From the human T2T-CHM13v2.0 reference genome, Homo sapiens: a stretch of DNA of 64,000 bases. Below, in pieces: positions 29,235 through 44,133 of this stretch. Both the position numbers and the translations under genes were made by a program. The notes beneath the pieces were generated by a model. The model did not search any database, had not been told where the DNA came from, and saw only the letters and a list, made by a program, of their open reading frames with translations. Numbering within the stretch: the first letter of the stretch is position 1; each line of letters starts with the position of its first letter. Location of the stretch: assembly GCF_009914755.1 (NCBI RefSeq), contig NC_060933.1, one strand, 5' to 3'.

Positions 29235-29420
29235 TCTGGAGGCAGATGATATTCTGGGTTTGAAGCTAGATTAGCCACTCACTGGCTGGAAAAGCTAAAA
29301 CAGTCTTTAGCTTCTTTGTGCCTTAGTTTCCTCAGTTGTAAAATGGGATGATGAGTGTCTATTTCTTAGGGTTTCTATGAGGATTAAATGTGATAATATT
29401 TGCAAAGTACTTAGAAAAGT
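29235..29420 (+). mobile_element. MIR
   Basis: MIR core tgtgccttagtttcctcagttgtaaaatgggatgat...gaggattaaatgtgataat. Confidence 0.8.
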
Positions 29421-30750
29421 TTTTTGCACATAATTGTATGTGTGTGTTTAATGAAACAATATGCATAAAAGTTGAGCATGAGCATGAGATACCCTGGATA
29501 AAAGACGAAGTAGGAGAAATTATTTCTGCCTAGATGGTAATAGATAACCTTTATAAAATGCTTTATCTGTGTACTGAAGACATGCATTGTCACAGGATAC
29601 AAGGTTCTGCAGGTATGGATCACTTCAGGGAATTCATCCCCTTGAAGTCCATTCTGCATTCAAGCCTTAGTGGTCTCATTGCCCCCAGTCAGGGGTCAAT
29701 GTAGGTTAAGTTACCACAAATGTGATTGCCACTGAATATATTTAATATGATGTGGGTGCAATTTGAGTACACTGTGTTTACACAGAAATCTTCTTATCTC
29801 CCAGGGGCAGTGTCAGCTGAGCACATTCAACTCTTGGATGCAGCTCCATATGAGCAGGCATGAGGCTTACCATAAATGGCCTTTCTAAGGTTCCAGGGGA
29901 AAGTCGCCAGCAATGGTATTTTCTAACCATACCATGCTTGGACATGATTCTGATCCTGTGAATGCCTGCTTATAGAACATTCCATTCACAATATTATCTG
30001 CTGTAGTCAAAAGAGCAACAGTGACTTCTGCAGATACGGGTGTCATGTAGCCTTTGCACCCAAGATATTGCCTCAAAAGAACTTTATATGCTTGAAAGCA
30101 CTCAATGTATCAGTTGCTGGCTGCCGCTCAGTAGCATATCCTGTATAGATAAAAACTGAGATTTTTCTCAAGGGTATAAAAGAACTAATATGGCAAACAT
30201 AACCAGCATACCATAATTTGAAGTTGCAAGTTAGTATTATGCAATCAACTCATCAAAGGATGCTGTTTATGATTGTTTCTCTTTTCTCCAAAACATCCAG
30301 ATAAAAAATGCTCTGGTAAAATTTGTGTGTTAACTATAATCCAATTTACTTCCTTGAGGGTCAGAAAATCTGAATGATTCCCGATTGTTGACACTCCATT
30401 TGAGAGAAAGAGTGGAGTGTTATTCTCTTGAATTCAAATGCTCTTTGGAAACAGAATGATGATATACTTCCCTGTGTCATTATTATTCATTTATCTGTCT
30501 TCCCCTATTTGCCACATTTGCCTTTTGCTCCCTGTATTACTCCTGTTAACTCAGACTTTGCTTCCCTGGCAGGAGTTTCTGATTTAACCGCACTGTCAAT
30601 GCACAGAATTGGTAGGAGGAAAACACATTGATTTTCTCCTATTTGCATTCTCAGGAAGAAAGACAAAGATAAAGGAAAATGGAGAAATTACTTCTAGCCA
30701 GTACAGCAATACTACTAATTGGTCAGTTTATTCACAAGCTACGTTGTCAT

Positions 30751-30834
30751 CACTTTCCAATCCAACATTCCACTAGGAATATGTCCAATCAACACTTTCC
30801 AATCCAACATTCCATTAAAAATATGTCCAATCAA
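30751..30834. repeat. 42-bp tandem duplication (2 copies)
   Basis: cactttccaatccaacattccactaggaatatgtccaatcaa followed by cactttccaatccaacattccattaaaaatatgtccaatcaa (3 mismatches). Confidence 0.95.
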
Positions 30835-32139
30835 ATTCAGAGTAATTGAAATAATGTTCTGAGTGGTAATGCCATTCTCATTGGATATGCAAGTATTAGG
30901 CACAGGCAAGAAATTCACAAGAAGACACTAAACACATAATTTCAGGCTCTGTAGAAGCGGCATAGAAATGTAAATTCATGAATCATTTCTTTTTAAACAC
31001 ATCATAGTGGTAACTATTTTTATTGATAACACTATAATTAGTCAACTATTTATTAGTGGTAAAAATATAAATTGTTATATTTCTGACAAAATTTCTTGAT
31101 GCAAAGAATCTTTATGTTGATACAATAATTTCCCTTATACTAATCTCTCTTAAAGAAGTAATTGAAGATTTTTGTCATTTTTATGTGTTGATAAAATTAT
31201 TTTGCTTTACCTAGGTTGTAAAAATATGTTCTTAAATAGCTGACACTGGCTATTTCTGCCTTCTTAATAGTAACATAATTAATCTGTATGGTAGAATAAG
31301 TAGTTATTTCAATAAAACAGCACAAAATACAATTCTTTAATAGATTTTGATGGACTTTTTGGTGGAGAAAGATGGGACTCCTGGGTGCAAATAACATATA
31401 GGCAGTACTAAATCGTTCTGTGTAATAAAATGTGAGGTTTTGAGTGTCAAGAGTACCCATGAGAAAAAGAAAAAAAGATGAAAGGGAAGGTTGGAAAAAC
31501 AAAGGGGTGAAAATCAAGAGATGGAGAGAGAGATACTATATATCTGGTCCCATGGGGGGATCCTGGGATGCCAGGGAGCCTGGGGAAGACTGTTGACAAG
31601 TGAGAAAGTCCCTGTTGTGGGAGTTCTTGAGAAAATTTTTTGCAACAATACATAACATTTAGTTTTAAACAATTTTATCTGCCATTATGTAATCCTCATC
31701 TCTGTCTCTACTCTCTGAACAGAAATCACCAACATAGAATAATATTGTGCTGCTAATGCTGTGGAGAATGAGATTGCTTTCTTCAGGTTTGGGGAAATAT
31801 GTGGAAAGTAAAAGATTGGTTACTGAGGGCAAGGGATCAATGAAATTCAGAGAATAGACGGAAAAAGAAATGACATGACATGAGAAAACATGTCAATGTA
31901 AGACCCAAGAACAAACCTATATCTTGAGAAGTATGTTGTAGTTCCCACATTATTTGACATAGAGACTTAGGAAGCTTATATTTTTTGTTATTTGTTCATT
32001 TGATTCTACTATTAATGAGAAATAAGAGCCATCTACGTCACATTATGCTAATAATTTGAAAAACACCAAAATATTTAAACACTTGAAAAATGTAAAATTG
32101 ATTATGTGGCTTTTATAGGATTCAATAATAGACATTCAT

Positions 32140-32405
32140 ATATTTGTATCTAGTTAATAACATGAAAAAAGCTCAAAAATCACTAGTGGGGGAAAAGGCA
32201 AAAATAAAAATATGTATTTTATCCAGCGAGAAACTGCACAACCTGCACATTATTTTTTTCTGAAAGACTATGGGAAAATGTGCAAAAATGTTAGTCAGTA
32301 CATAACTATGGGTAGAGGCATTATGAGAGGAATTGTTTTAATGCCTTCCTGAATATACCTATTTTTCTATACAATAGATGTATTCTTGTAATAATCAGAA
32401 AAGTG
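32140..32405 (+). mobile_element. Old L1ME/MC 3' end fragment (tentative)
   Basis: aaaatgttag...gggtagaggcattatg...tgtattcttgtaataatcagaaaa resembles ancient L1 termini. Confidence 0.4.
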
Positions 32406-35400
32406 TCATTAAGAAACTCAAATTTATCAGTTTGTTCTCATCCCATGCCAAAAGGAAAACTATCTTTTTTTTTGGTAACTGATGCTATTTGTATATTTAA
32501 GTCATACTTAACCTGTATAAGACTTTAAAAGGAAAAAAGTAGGAGAGGAATAGTTGAATTTGGGTTGAAAAGAAAAAATTCCTTTGGTTTATCAGACATG
32601 GTAAAAAGCCAGAGTCAGGCTTAAAACTGTCAGCCGCAGAGAATGGGATACTGAAATATTGGAAAGTAATGGAAATTTTGCAAAATTACTATGGGTATTA
32701 CAGCATCAAACTATCTATAAAAGCTGGGTCATTTTGAGATGTTTCTAATTTGCTCTATGGGGTATTTCTTTTCAACGGGAAATCAACTTGGCATTTAAAA
32801 TTGAAGTCAATGAGAAACTAGGTTAATTTCATGCAATTCAACTCTTGAGCCAATTTTTCTGACTCACATTGAGTCCATAAATATGTATTATTAACATTCT
32901 GTTAATACAATACAACTTGTTATAGTAAAATTATCGAAGCTCAGATTTGCAAAACTGTTTCTATTATCCACCTTAAAAACCTACAGTGAGAAATAACTTC
33001 ACTTTTCATGTAAAATACATGAAAAGTGGAGAAGAATGCCATCTATCCAATTTTCAAGTTTCCTTGCTGTAAAGATAATGCTTTTGTTTTCCAATCACTG
33101 CCTCTCCAACTGGTAGGTAGTAGAAACAGAAAACACGCAAACTTGAAATTGACATGCTTTGCAGAATCTGAGATGGAATGTTTCTCTGCCTATCAGTTCA
33201 GGCAGAACATATAATTATTTTCACATCTCACAGGAGTAGTCCTTTCAGCGTTAGATTTTCTTAATGCTCTGAGTCGGCAATGACAGGGAGAAAAAGAAAA
33301 AGAAGGGAAAAACACATTTGGGGACTGTCATTTGCAGCCAGTTCTTTGAAACTAATTTTGGAATGACTTTTAAATTCTGCAAAACATTTATCAGGCAATT
33401 CTCTTGATGTAGAAAACAGTTATTTCTCAGTTAAATTTGCCATAAAGTTTTCCCAACTCTTTGTCTTCTTTTTGACAGGCTATTTTCAGGAATGTCATCA
33501 CTGCAGGGAAGGTAGAAGTGTGACTGCTGTTGTAGGCAGACTTTTGTTAATGCATTCTTGTCCAATTCCACATTGTGAAGTATTTAGGTATGGCTGTGGC
33601 ATAGATACTTATATGGATAGAAATGACATAATTATTGCAATCTTTAGGACTCAATTTGCAAACTGGAAAACGACTGCCATTTGGATCTCATGAAAACTCT
33701 TCTATCTTTTAGCAATACAGTTCATGATTTGATTCTGTAGATAATTCAGTATAAAATATCTTGTTAACAGGAGGTACAGGAGTTAATATCATGGAACTGA
33801 AACTACTCTAAGGCATTAGGATATATAATAAAACTTAGGTAAACTAAATGGAGCTCTAGTAAAACCCATTGTCTGATCACACCTCTGACTCTATTCCATT
33901 CATCAAATACTTGCTGCAAATTAAAAACTTACAAAAAATTTCTACTGTAGGTCACCCAGCAGGGAAATAGCAGGGTTATTTCTTTTGTGTCCTGAAGGGA
34001 GATACATACTGAATAGGCTCTAGAAATGTAAAGGAAAGTCTTACTGATAATGATGTAAGCTCTTAATATCCTATATCCCTGAGACTTTCCATGGAGTCTC
34101 ATAGATGATAAACAAAAAATGAAGCACACTGATAAAACTCTTGGCATAATTCTCTCTGAGGATGAGCCCTGAAAGCTTATTTTGAAACAAATTCTGTCAG
34201 CTCTGAGAACCACTGCATACTAAGCTAAAATAGTAATTATTCTACAAACATTGCTAAGGATTAAATTAGATGCAATCACGGAAGACCTCAAATATATCAT
34301 TTTTTATAACATCATCTTTCCGTGCTGTTTTCACTGAAATTAGAAAGAATAAACTTAACAATTACTGAGTGCTCACCACTATGTCAATAGTTTAGTCCTA
34401 AAAATTTAGCATTAGACACAGTGTAATTCATAATCTGCAGCCAGTCTATTACTTGAATTGATTTCCTACCACCTTTCTTCTCTTCTCTTGCAACCTCTTC
34501 CCATGGCTTCTATTCAAAATGAGACAACTCTATGCCCTACCGTAATTCCATGTATTCGTGTACATGTTATCTCTACTTGTACAATCCTTTTTAACCTTAA
34601 AAATGATGGATTGCTGCTATTTCTTTAGGATTCAGTTCTGCAAAATCTTCTGGCTGAAGATCATCTGCACCCCCATGCCCCTCACTAGCAAGAAAAAAGT
34701 TTCAATGACAGGACATACCATACGATACAACTGGAGATGAACATGGCACAGGGAAGCTTACATTATAAAATTCAAGTTTTGGGAATAGGACACCTAGTCT
34801 GGCAGCTTGGGTGCAGCCGCAAGCCTTCTAGAAAGAAAATGAAATACAGGAGTAAGAACCTATGCATAAAATTAAAACCTGGACCAGAAGACTACATGAC
34901 CCTTCTCACATAGCTAAAGAATTCTGTGATAGGAGTAAGTATCAAATAGCAGAACACCAAAAATAGCTTCAGTTCAGCTACAGCATTTTGATGAGAGAAA
35001 GCAGCCTCGAGACTGCGAACTTTTCAAATCCTCTGTTGACATATATTGTGCTACAATGTAACTATTTCTTGATAAACCTTCCATAAACAATTCTGAATTT
35101 TTAGAATTATGAATACAATGTAATTTTTAAAATTCTATATCACCAACATATCAAACAGTAACTGACATGAAATATTTTAGTGGACTTTGGTTGGAATAAT
35201 TAAAACAGGAACAAAGTAGGATTTTACAATTAGATATCCAGCAGTGATCTACTGAGCAATTCATAGCAATTCAGACTTCTTTTCATCATAAAGTGGTGGG
35301 AAAATGGAAATAAAAATAAAATTTCTAACCCCAACTTTAGAAAAATTATTTTGAAGTAATATTGAAAAAATAAAGGTTAGAATGAAATTTCCACAGTAGC

Positions 35401-35716
35401 AGAGCTTATGAAATTAATACAGAAAACCAACCAAAAGTTCATCATACATGCATTTATTGTTTTGATATGTATTTATTGAGAATTATTTTTATTGAGAAAA
35501 ATCAAGGTTTAAATAAATATTTTATATTTCTCAAATGAGTACCACATTTAATCAATTAGTTATTTCTACACTTCTTACAGAAAATGATAAATGTTGTTAA
35601 TTTAAAAACTGCAAGATACACATTATAATCTTACTTTACAAATACCTAGTTCTCAATATATACAACATATTATAGATGATCCTATTTTATAAATCTACTT
35701 AAAAAATATACAGTAG

Positions 35717-35795
35717 ACTGTGTGTGTGGCTCACGCTTGTAATCTTAGCACTTTGGAAGGTCAAGGTGGGAGGAATGCTTGAAGCCAGAAGTTAG
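35717..35795 (+). mobile_element. Partial AluJ/FLAM left-arm fragment
   Basis: gtggctcacgcttgtaatcttagcactttggaaggtcaaggtgggaggaatgcttgaagccagaagtt. Confidence 0.85.
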
Positions 35796-37092
35796 AATAA
35801 AATATATAGCATGTGATATATAATTTTACAAATATACATATTTTAAATATACACAAAAAATTCTGAAATATAAATAAATACCTCCTATTTTTCTTCTTAG
35901 CCATTTTCCCTTTTTTTGTATTGCTGTTTTCATCCCCTCAACAGAATGATATCACAGAGTACAAAGAAGAACCAAAGTCATTTTCATGATTTCAGTCTCT
36001 AAAGTGAAACATCACAGGGCTCATTTATTTAGTCAAAAGAGTTGATGTTTTAAAGGGGGAGAGATTTCATTCCACTTCCTGTTCCTCAAATTTAGGTATC
36101 GAGAAGAGAGAGAATTGCTAGAACGTAGCAATTCTGAAACAATTCTCTCTTCTCTAAACCTGTTTTAGAATTGCTAGAATGTAGATCTGTACGAATATAT
36201 CCTAAAGTTCCTGTGTTTTTTATTTTTTTCCCAGCTCTTTGGAGAGTATCTAGGCATGGAGATTTTAATGACCCAGAGCAGTAGAAGACAGAGTTGAATT
36301 ATTTCATTGTCCTCAAACATCATGCATAGGTGTCTACTGGAGACATCACATACCAAGTGGCTTTGCTTGATCAATGCCTGAAACCAGGACATGCCAACCA
36401 GTATTGCTCAACACTTGCAGGCATGGAAATGAGATGATGAGAGATGGATAACACCCACACACAGACTTTGGTTCTATATAAAACTTCAAGTGTTTAGATT
36501 TGACTTCAGAGAAAAGAGTGTTGGGTTAAATTAAGTCTCAGCCACTCCAGCAGCAAAGAGTTTTAAATTTATGGTAAGCCCTCTTCTACCTTATCTAGCA
36601 GGTATGAAGTCAATGTAACTAAAATTGTCACTTATTTGTCTTGCTTCTCTTAGTCATAGTGGGTAAGCAATCACTTTCTTCCATATTTTTCTTCGATACC
36701 TATAGTAGCTAAAAAAAGGTAAGTTACTTTTGATGGTTCAGTAAATGACACTCAAATTTACCCTGCCCACATCTATTCTGAATGTCCCTGATTCTGCTTC
36801 TCAAGAGAGTATGGACTTGGCTGAGAATCCGTATTGATGCTGCTTAGATTCATTAAATTCTCAGTAATCTCTTCTCCAACCTTCAGAAGATGCTCAAAAA
36901 CCTGGCTGATGAGGTCCTCCAATTTCTAACATTGTTAATAGTCTACTCTAAACTACTTAAGAATTCAACCATAGCCAATAATTTTCCTTTATTTGAGAGA
37001 AATAATAGCCCCAAAGGCTGGGTCTTTAAGAAGTTTTAAATTACATTTCTTCCTCTGAATCTCTTGCAAGCTCTTGTGGCTGTACTCTGGCC

Positions 37093-37460
37093 CCAGGGGC
37101 TTTCAAAGATTTTGCTTGTGACTCCACAGTAAGGTATATTCAATAGATACCAAAAATAATAAAATTATAAAACAGCATCTTTACTATGAGTGGTACACTC
37201 TAACATTTTTCTTTTCTATTCTATTCCATTCTAATGATTTTTATATCATTTAAAAATATTGGTTATGACTAGACTGACAATAATGAGTGTCTCCAGGAAA
37301 ATCCTGGCTTATCTTTGTTAATTCCACATAATTATTTGTACCATTTATGTTTCTCTGTAAAATGTTTCATGTTGTATAATAAATTATTTGGTTATCCCAG
37401 TTAAAATTCACTAAATTGATTTCTTAGCATACTAACAGTTGTAATTCAAATATTTAGGTA
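37093..37460. mobile_element. Old hAT-Charlie-type MER with a nested MER94-like (hAT-Blackjack) element at ~37270-37399
   Basis: Outer: gtgactccacagtaagg...ctattctattccatt...ggttatgac|...cactaaattgatttc; inner: tagactgac...cataattatt...ataaattatttggttatccca. Confidence 0.45.
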
Positions 37461-38049
37461 TTTGTCTTCTGAATTAGACATTTGTTTCTCTGATCTCCAA
37501 CTTTTCATAATTTGTCATCCTCCCCCATAGACTGAATTTGTTTTGTAATTTTCTGAAATCTTAACCTGTTTCTTGGTGATGTGCACAGGACTGGGCTCTA
37601 AGCATTTTCTTGATACCCTATGATTCTTACAAACTCAGATACAAGTGTCATTGAATTGTCAGAACGTATACAAATTTTACTTTTTCGTTTTTAAAATAAT
37701 TAAGTGATTTAGGAATGTGGTATTAAAAATCACCTTACACATCTTATAATTTCTTTGCTTTACTTTTGAAATGTCTTTGAAATTCATCTCTTTCATAAAA
37801 TTATAAAATTTGAAATTTCTTTCCTTAGGTAAATGCTATACAAGTGCCAGCTAGAAAAATCCCCATTCGCAAACTTACAGTACTTTCTACTCATTTGCCT
37901 TTATTGTTGGGTCTAATTTGGGTGATTTTTGGCCTTTGCTGTACAGGCAGAAGTTGTTACGAATAAAAGTTGTCTTTTTCTAACTATTCTTTCTTTATTA
38001 CTCTGCTCTTTTGGTTTCACTCAGTTTTCTCCTTTCTCTGATAAATAAG

Positions 38050-38720
38050 AGAAAAGTTGCAAAAGGCATTGCTTCCCTTTTGTGATTCTAGTATGGCAAA
38101 CATCAAGAGGAAGATCTACATGCTAGAAGTGAGTGACCAGAAGATGAAATGACTGTTATTTTCTGGTAAGATGTGGACTATCCAAATATTTGAAATATCC
38201 AGCATAACCCTAGATAACTTACTGTATAAAATAAATAATTATACATTATTTATTTTAATATAAATAGTAAATAAATATACTTAATGTTTTAATATAAATA
38301 TTAAATCAATATTATGAAAACATATTATTATTTATTTTAAATATCCAGTATACTCTTAGATAACTTACTATCTAAAATAGCTATTTAACTATTGCTTGAA
38401 GCCACTATTCCAGGACTTAATGTTATTTGCAGGATATAAAATCCTGATAGATATTTTGATACCAGAAGTGACTGTTGCAAGTAACAGAACCTACAATGTT
38501 ATTTATTTGATTGGTTAGGTAAGGAACTTTATAGTGAGTATCCTAAATCATCAGGCTGAGAGATAAGAGACCCGTTTGTAGAAGTGACAAAATATTTGGT
38601 AAAATATCTGATTGCTATACCCTGTAAACAGAACACTTTTCTTCTGTGATGTTAGGGGAAATTGGTGTGTATCTTATTCTGGTAAAATCCTTATGAGAGA
38701 ACAATGAATTCAAGCCAGAG
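38050..38720 (+). mobile_element. Old MLT1 LTR 3' part plus start of MLT1 internal sequence
   Basis: ttgcttgaagccact...gttatttgcag...cctgataga followed by ttttgataccagaagtg (MaLR LTR-internal junction). Confidence 0.5.
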
Positions 38721-38722
38721 CC

Positions 38723-38724
<2 letters not shown>

Positions 38725-38769
<45 letters not shown>
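38725..38769. repeat. (TA)n microsatellite, ~22 units
   Basis: Directly visible perfect run. Confidence 0.98.
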
Positions 38770-38774
<5 letters not shown>

Positions 38775-39241
38775 GTGTATATTATACACTATATAGCCAC
38801 TTTAAATATACATATGTGTATATATGTGTAAAAAGTACATTAGCCACTTTATATATACATATGTGTCTTCCCTCATTAAATAATAATTTGTAAATATTCT
38901 AAGATCAGAATAATTGTCCACTGGTGTTCTTCAAATCAACAGAGACTATTACACTGGAATCAATTGACATGAATTGAGGTAGTTCTTAATGAGCATGTAC
39001 AATGTAAAATGACGAAAATCTTGAAAAGTCACTCCAAATGTGATTTGTACAACCTAAAAGTACACTTCTTTTTTATTCATATTCTCTGTACTTCTGTTTG
39101 TGGTTTTGCTCCAGAAAGTCACAGAACAAAAGTTTCACAACAGGGAGAGGAATGCTGATAAGGCTCATAAGGCTAATTTTCAGAAAATATTTCCCAGAAC
39201 CACTCCTAATAAAGACATTTTGGGGAAAGCTTTAATCTTAC

Positions 39242-41942
<2,701 letters not shown>

Positions 41943-42039
41943 CTTACCAAACAGCACTGATTTTCTGTGTTACTGTAAAGCAGCTCTAAGAACAGAAACT
42001 CCAGTTCTTGATGGGGGGTGGGGTGAGTATTACTTTAAG

Positions 42040-42340
42040 GAGAATACTAAGATTTATGATTTGGCCATAGAAGATACAGAGCCCTTTTCTTGAGAGAATA
42101 TCTAAAGTTCCTAAGACTAGATCAAATGATGTCCCACTGAGAGGTAAAGTGATATATATGCATATTCTTTAAAAGTAGTACTCTGGAAATGTGAGAAAGA
42201 TTGAGAAAAGAGCTATCCTGGTTATGTAGATAGAGAAGTTTAGTTAATAATGGATACTCTTCTAAGGAACTATATCAGAGACCTAGAAATATAAGGAGAA
42301 AGGAGCAGAATCAGCGTACACAGATTACAGGAGATGACAA
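42040..42340 (-). mobile_element. L2 fragment
   Basis: tgcatattctttaaaagtagtactctgg...gagaaagattgag resembles antisense L2. Confidence 0.45.
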
Positions 42341-44133
42341 GGGGAGAAAGTAAAGTAGAGACTTTCATTTTTGGTCCTGTAGAATGAAGCTGTGTATGCC
42401 ATGGCTTTTTTACTATATCCAAAAATGAAATATTACAGGAGTTTTAAAAAAACTCTCCTATAGCAGGAAACCAATGTCATGGAGAAGACATCCTAAGGAT
42501 GCAGAGTGCATGACTGGAGACTAAGATGGAAGAACAAACCTTGATTGTGTGGAAAATATATCCGGCATTCTTCAGTAATGAAAAATGCAGTGAAATCATC
42601 ACCAGTACTCTTTCTGGGACTCCTAATGAAGATGTACTCATCTTGCATGCCCACTCTGCTCTGAGCCCAGGAGATTGACCCACATTTTTAACTTTCGGTT
42701 GGTTTACCGGGTGCAGTCATCGGCAGGAGACTGGAAAGCTAGCTACAGGACAGAGTGGTTAGGGTGCTACACTCTCTTGCTTTCTCCCTGTAAAGTCACA
42801 ATAGGTTGGCTTCTTTCTTGCTCAAAGACCACAAATTTTATTGGGTTGTTTTCTTCAACAGCCATCATCTCTGGGAATCATACTGTTCTTCCTCACCTAG
42901 AGATAGGATGAGCTTTCCACAACCTTAAATATTAGAGATGCTACACATACTGTGTTATTTGTTAAATGTGCAGGAATAAATATTCTGGAGACCTAGAATG
43001 AATAAAAAATTCTGGTAACCTCAGTGGAAAATCACCAGTGTCTAAGAAATTTTGGAGATATGTAGAATGTACTTGAATGATTAGAATTAGATTACCATGA
43101 TTTAGTCCAAGAAAACATCTGTATCAATGGTTCTTTGAAGATATTGGAATGTAATGGGAAGAACATGCAGTCTTGACAGAATGGCTACATAAGAATTAGA
43201 GAAGAACAGAGATGGTATTTAAGAGGTGCATCTGCAAAACAGCGTTTGATTTGTGAATAAAATGAAATTTACTGTGTGAAATTTGTGACCAGAGGAAATA
43301 ACCTTCCACGGATTGAATTGCTTATTTTTAGCAGTACTGAGTGAAGCCAACTTTGGGATTAAATGAACCAGTCTCCTGAATTATTTGAATTACCTTGGGT
43401 TACAAGTGGTTGTTGAAGCAACGGATTTCTCTCCTCAACTCTTGGCACTATTAGACTGGTTACTTATTCAGAATACTCAGAATGTAGGATCACAAATCAA
43501 TAATATCCAGTCTTGTCAGTTGGGAGGAGATATGGGTAATTTGTGTAAGAAAGCTAGAAAATTTAGGAGGAAAAACAAAACAAAGGAAATTCATTATGAA
43601 AGACTTCAACATAAAGATGAAAAATGTCAAGTGATAAAGCAAAGTAATTAAGTTCTTAAATAATATTGATTCAAGTAAAGACGGCATTTAATCACTGAGA
43701 ACCACATCTATGGCTGACAATGTAGAATACGGCTGAATCTGGTTTGCCTGTTCCATACAGATCTCAAAGCCTCCAGAGACCTAAACCCACTGACACCATA
43801 ATTGCTTTGAAGAACAATGGAGAAATCTGAATGGGAATAAAAGTGACATAGTCTTATAACCTAAGCATGGGTTTTCAATGAGTTTCTGCATGGATTTGGG
43901 TTCTGACCATCTGATATCATCTGTAGAGAGAAAGTATCTTCTGACTGCATAGGGTTAAGCATAAATAGTAAATCGAAGTGACTTCAAGGAAAAACAGTGG
44001 CAGCATAAACTGAACGTACTCCAGTTTCTTCTACTGCTGTCTTCAGAAGTTGACTGAACCACTAATCTTTAGAATTGAGAGAGCTATGAGTTCTTAGCCA
44101 TTTTGTAAGGAGTTGAACAGCTTCATTAAATAC

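Noticed and set aside
30751-30834. CRISPR-like repeat array
   Set aside because: Two adjacent copies with no spacers, in primate DNA, with no cas genes.
36354-36377. Possible 24-nt minus-strand micro-exon (tttcag|...TTG|GTATGT)
   Set aside because: Weak polypyrimidine tract; such site pairs are expected by chance in 64 kb.
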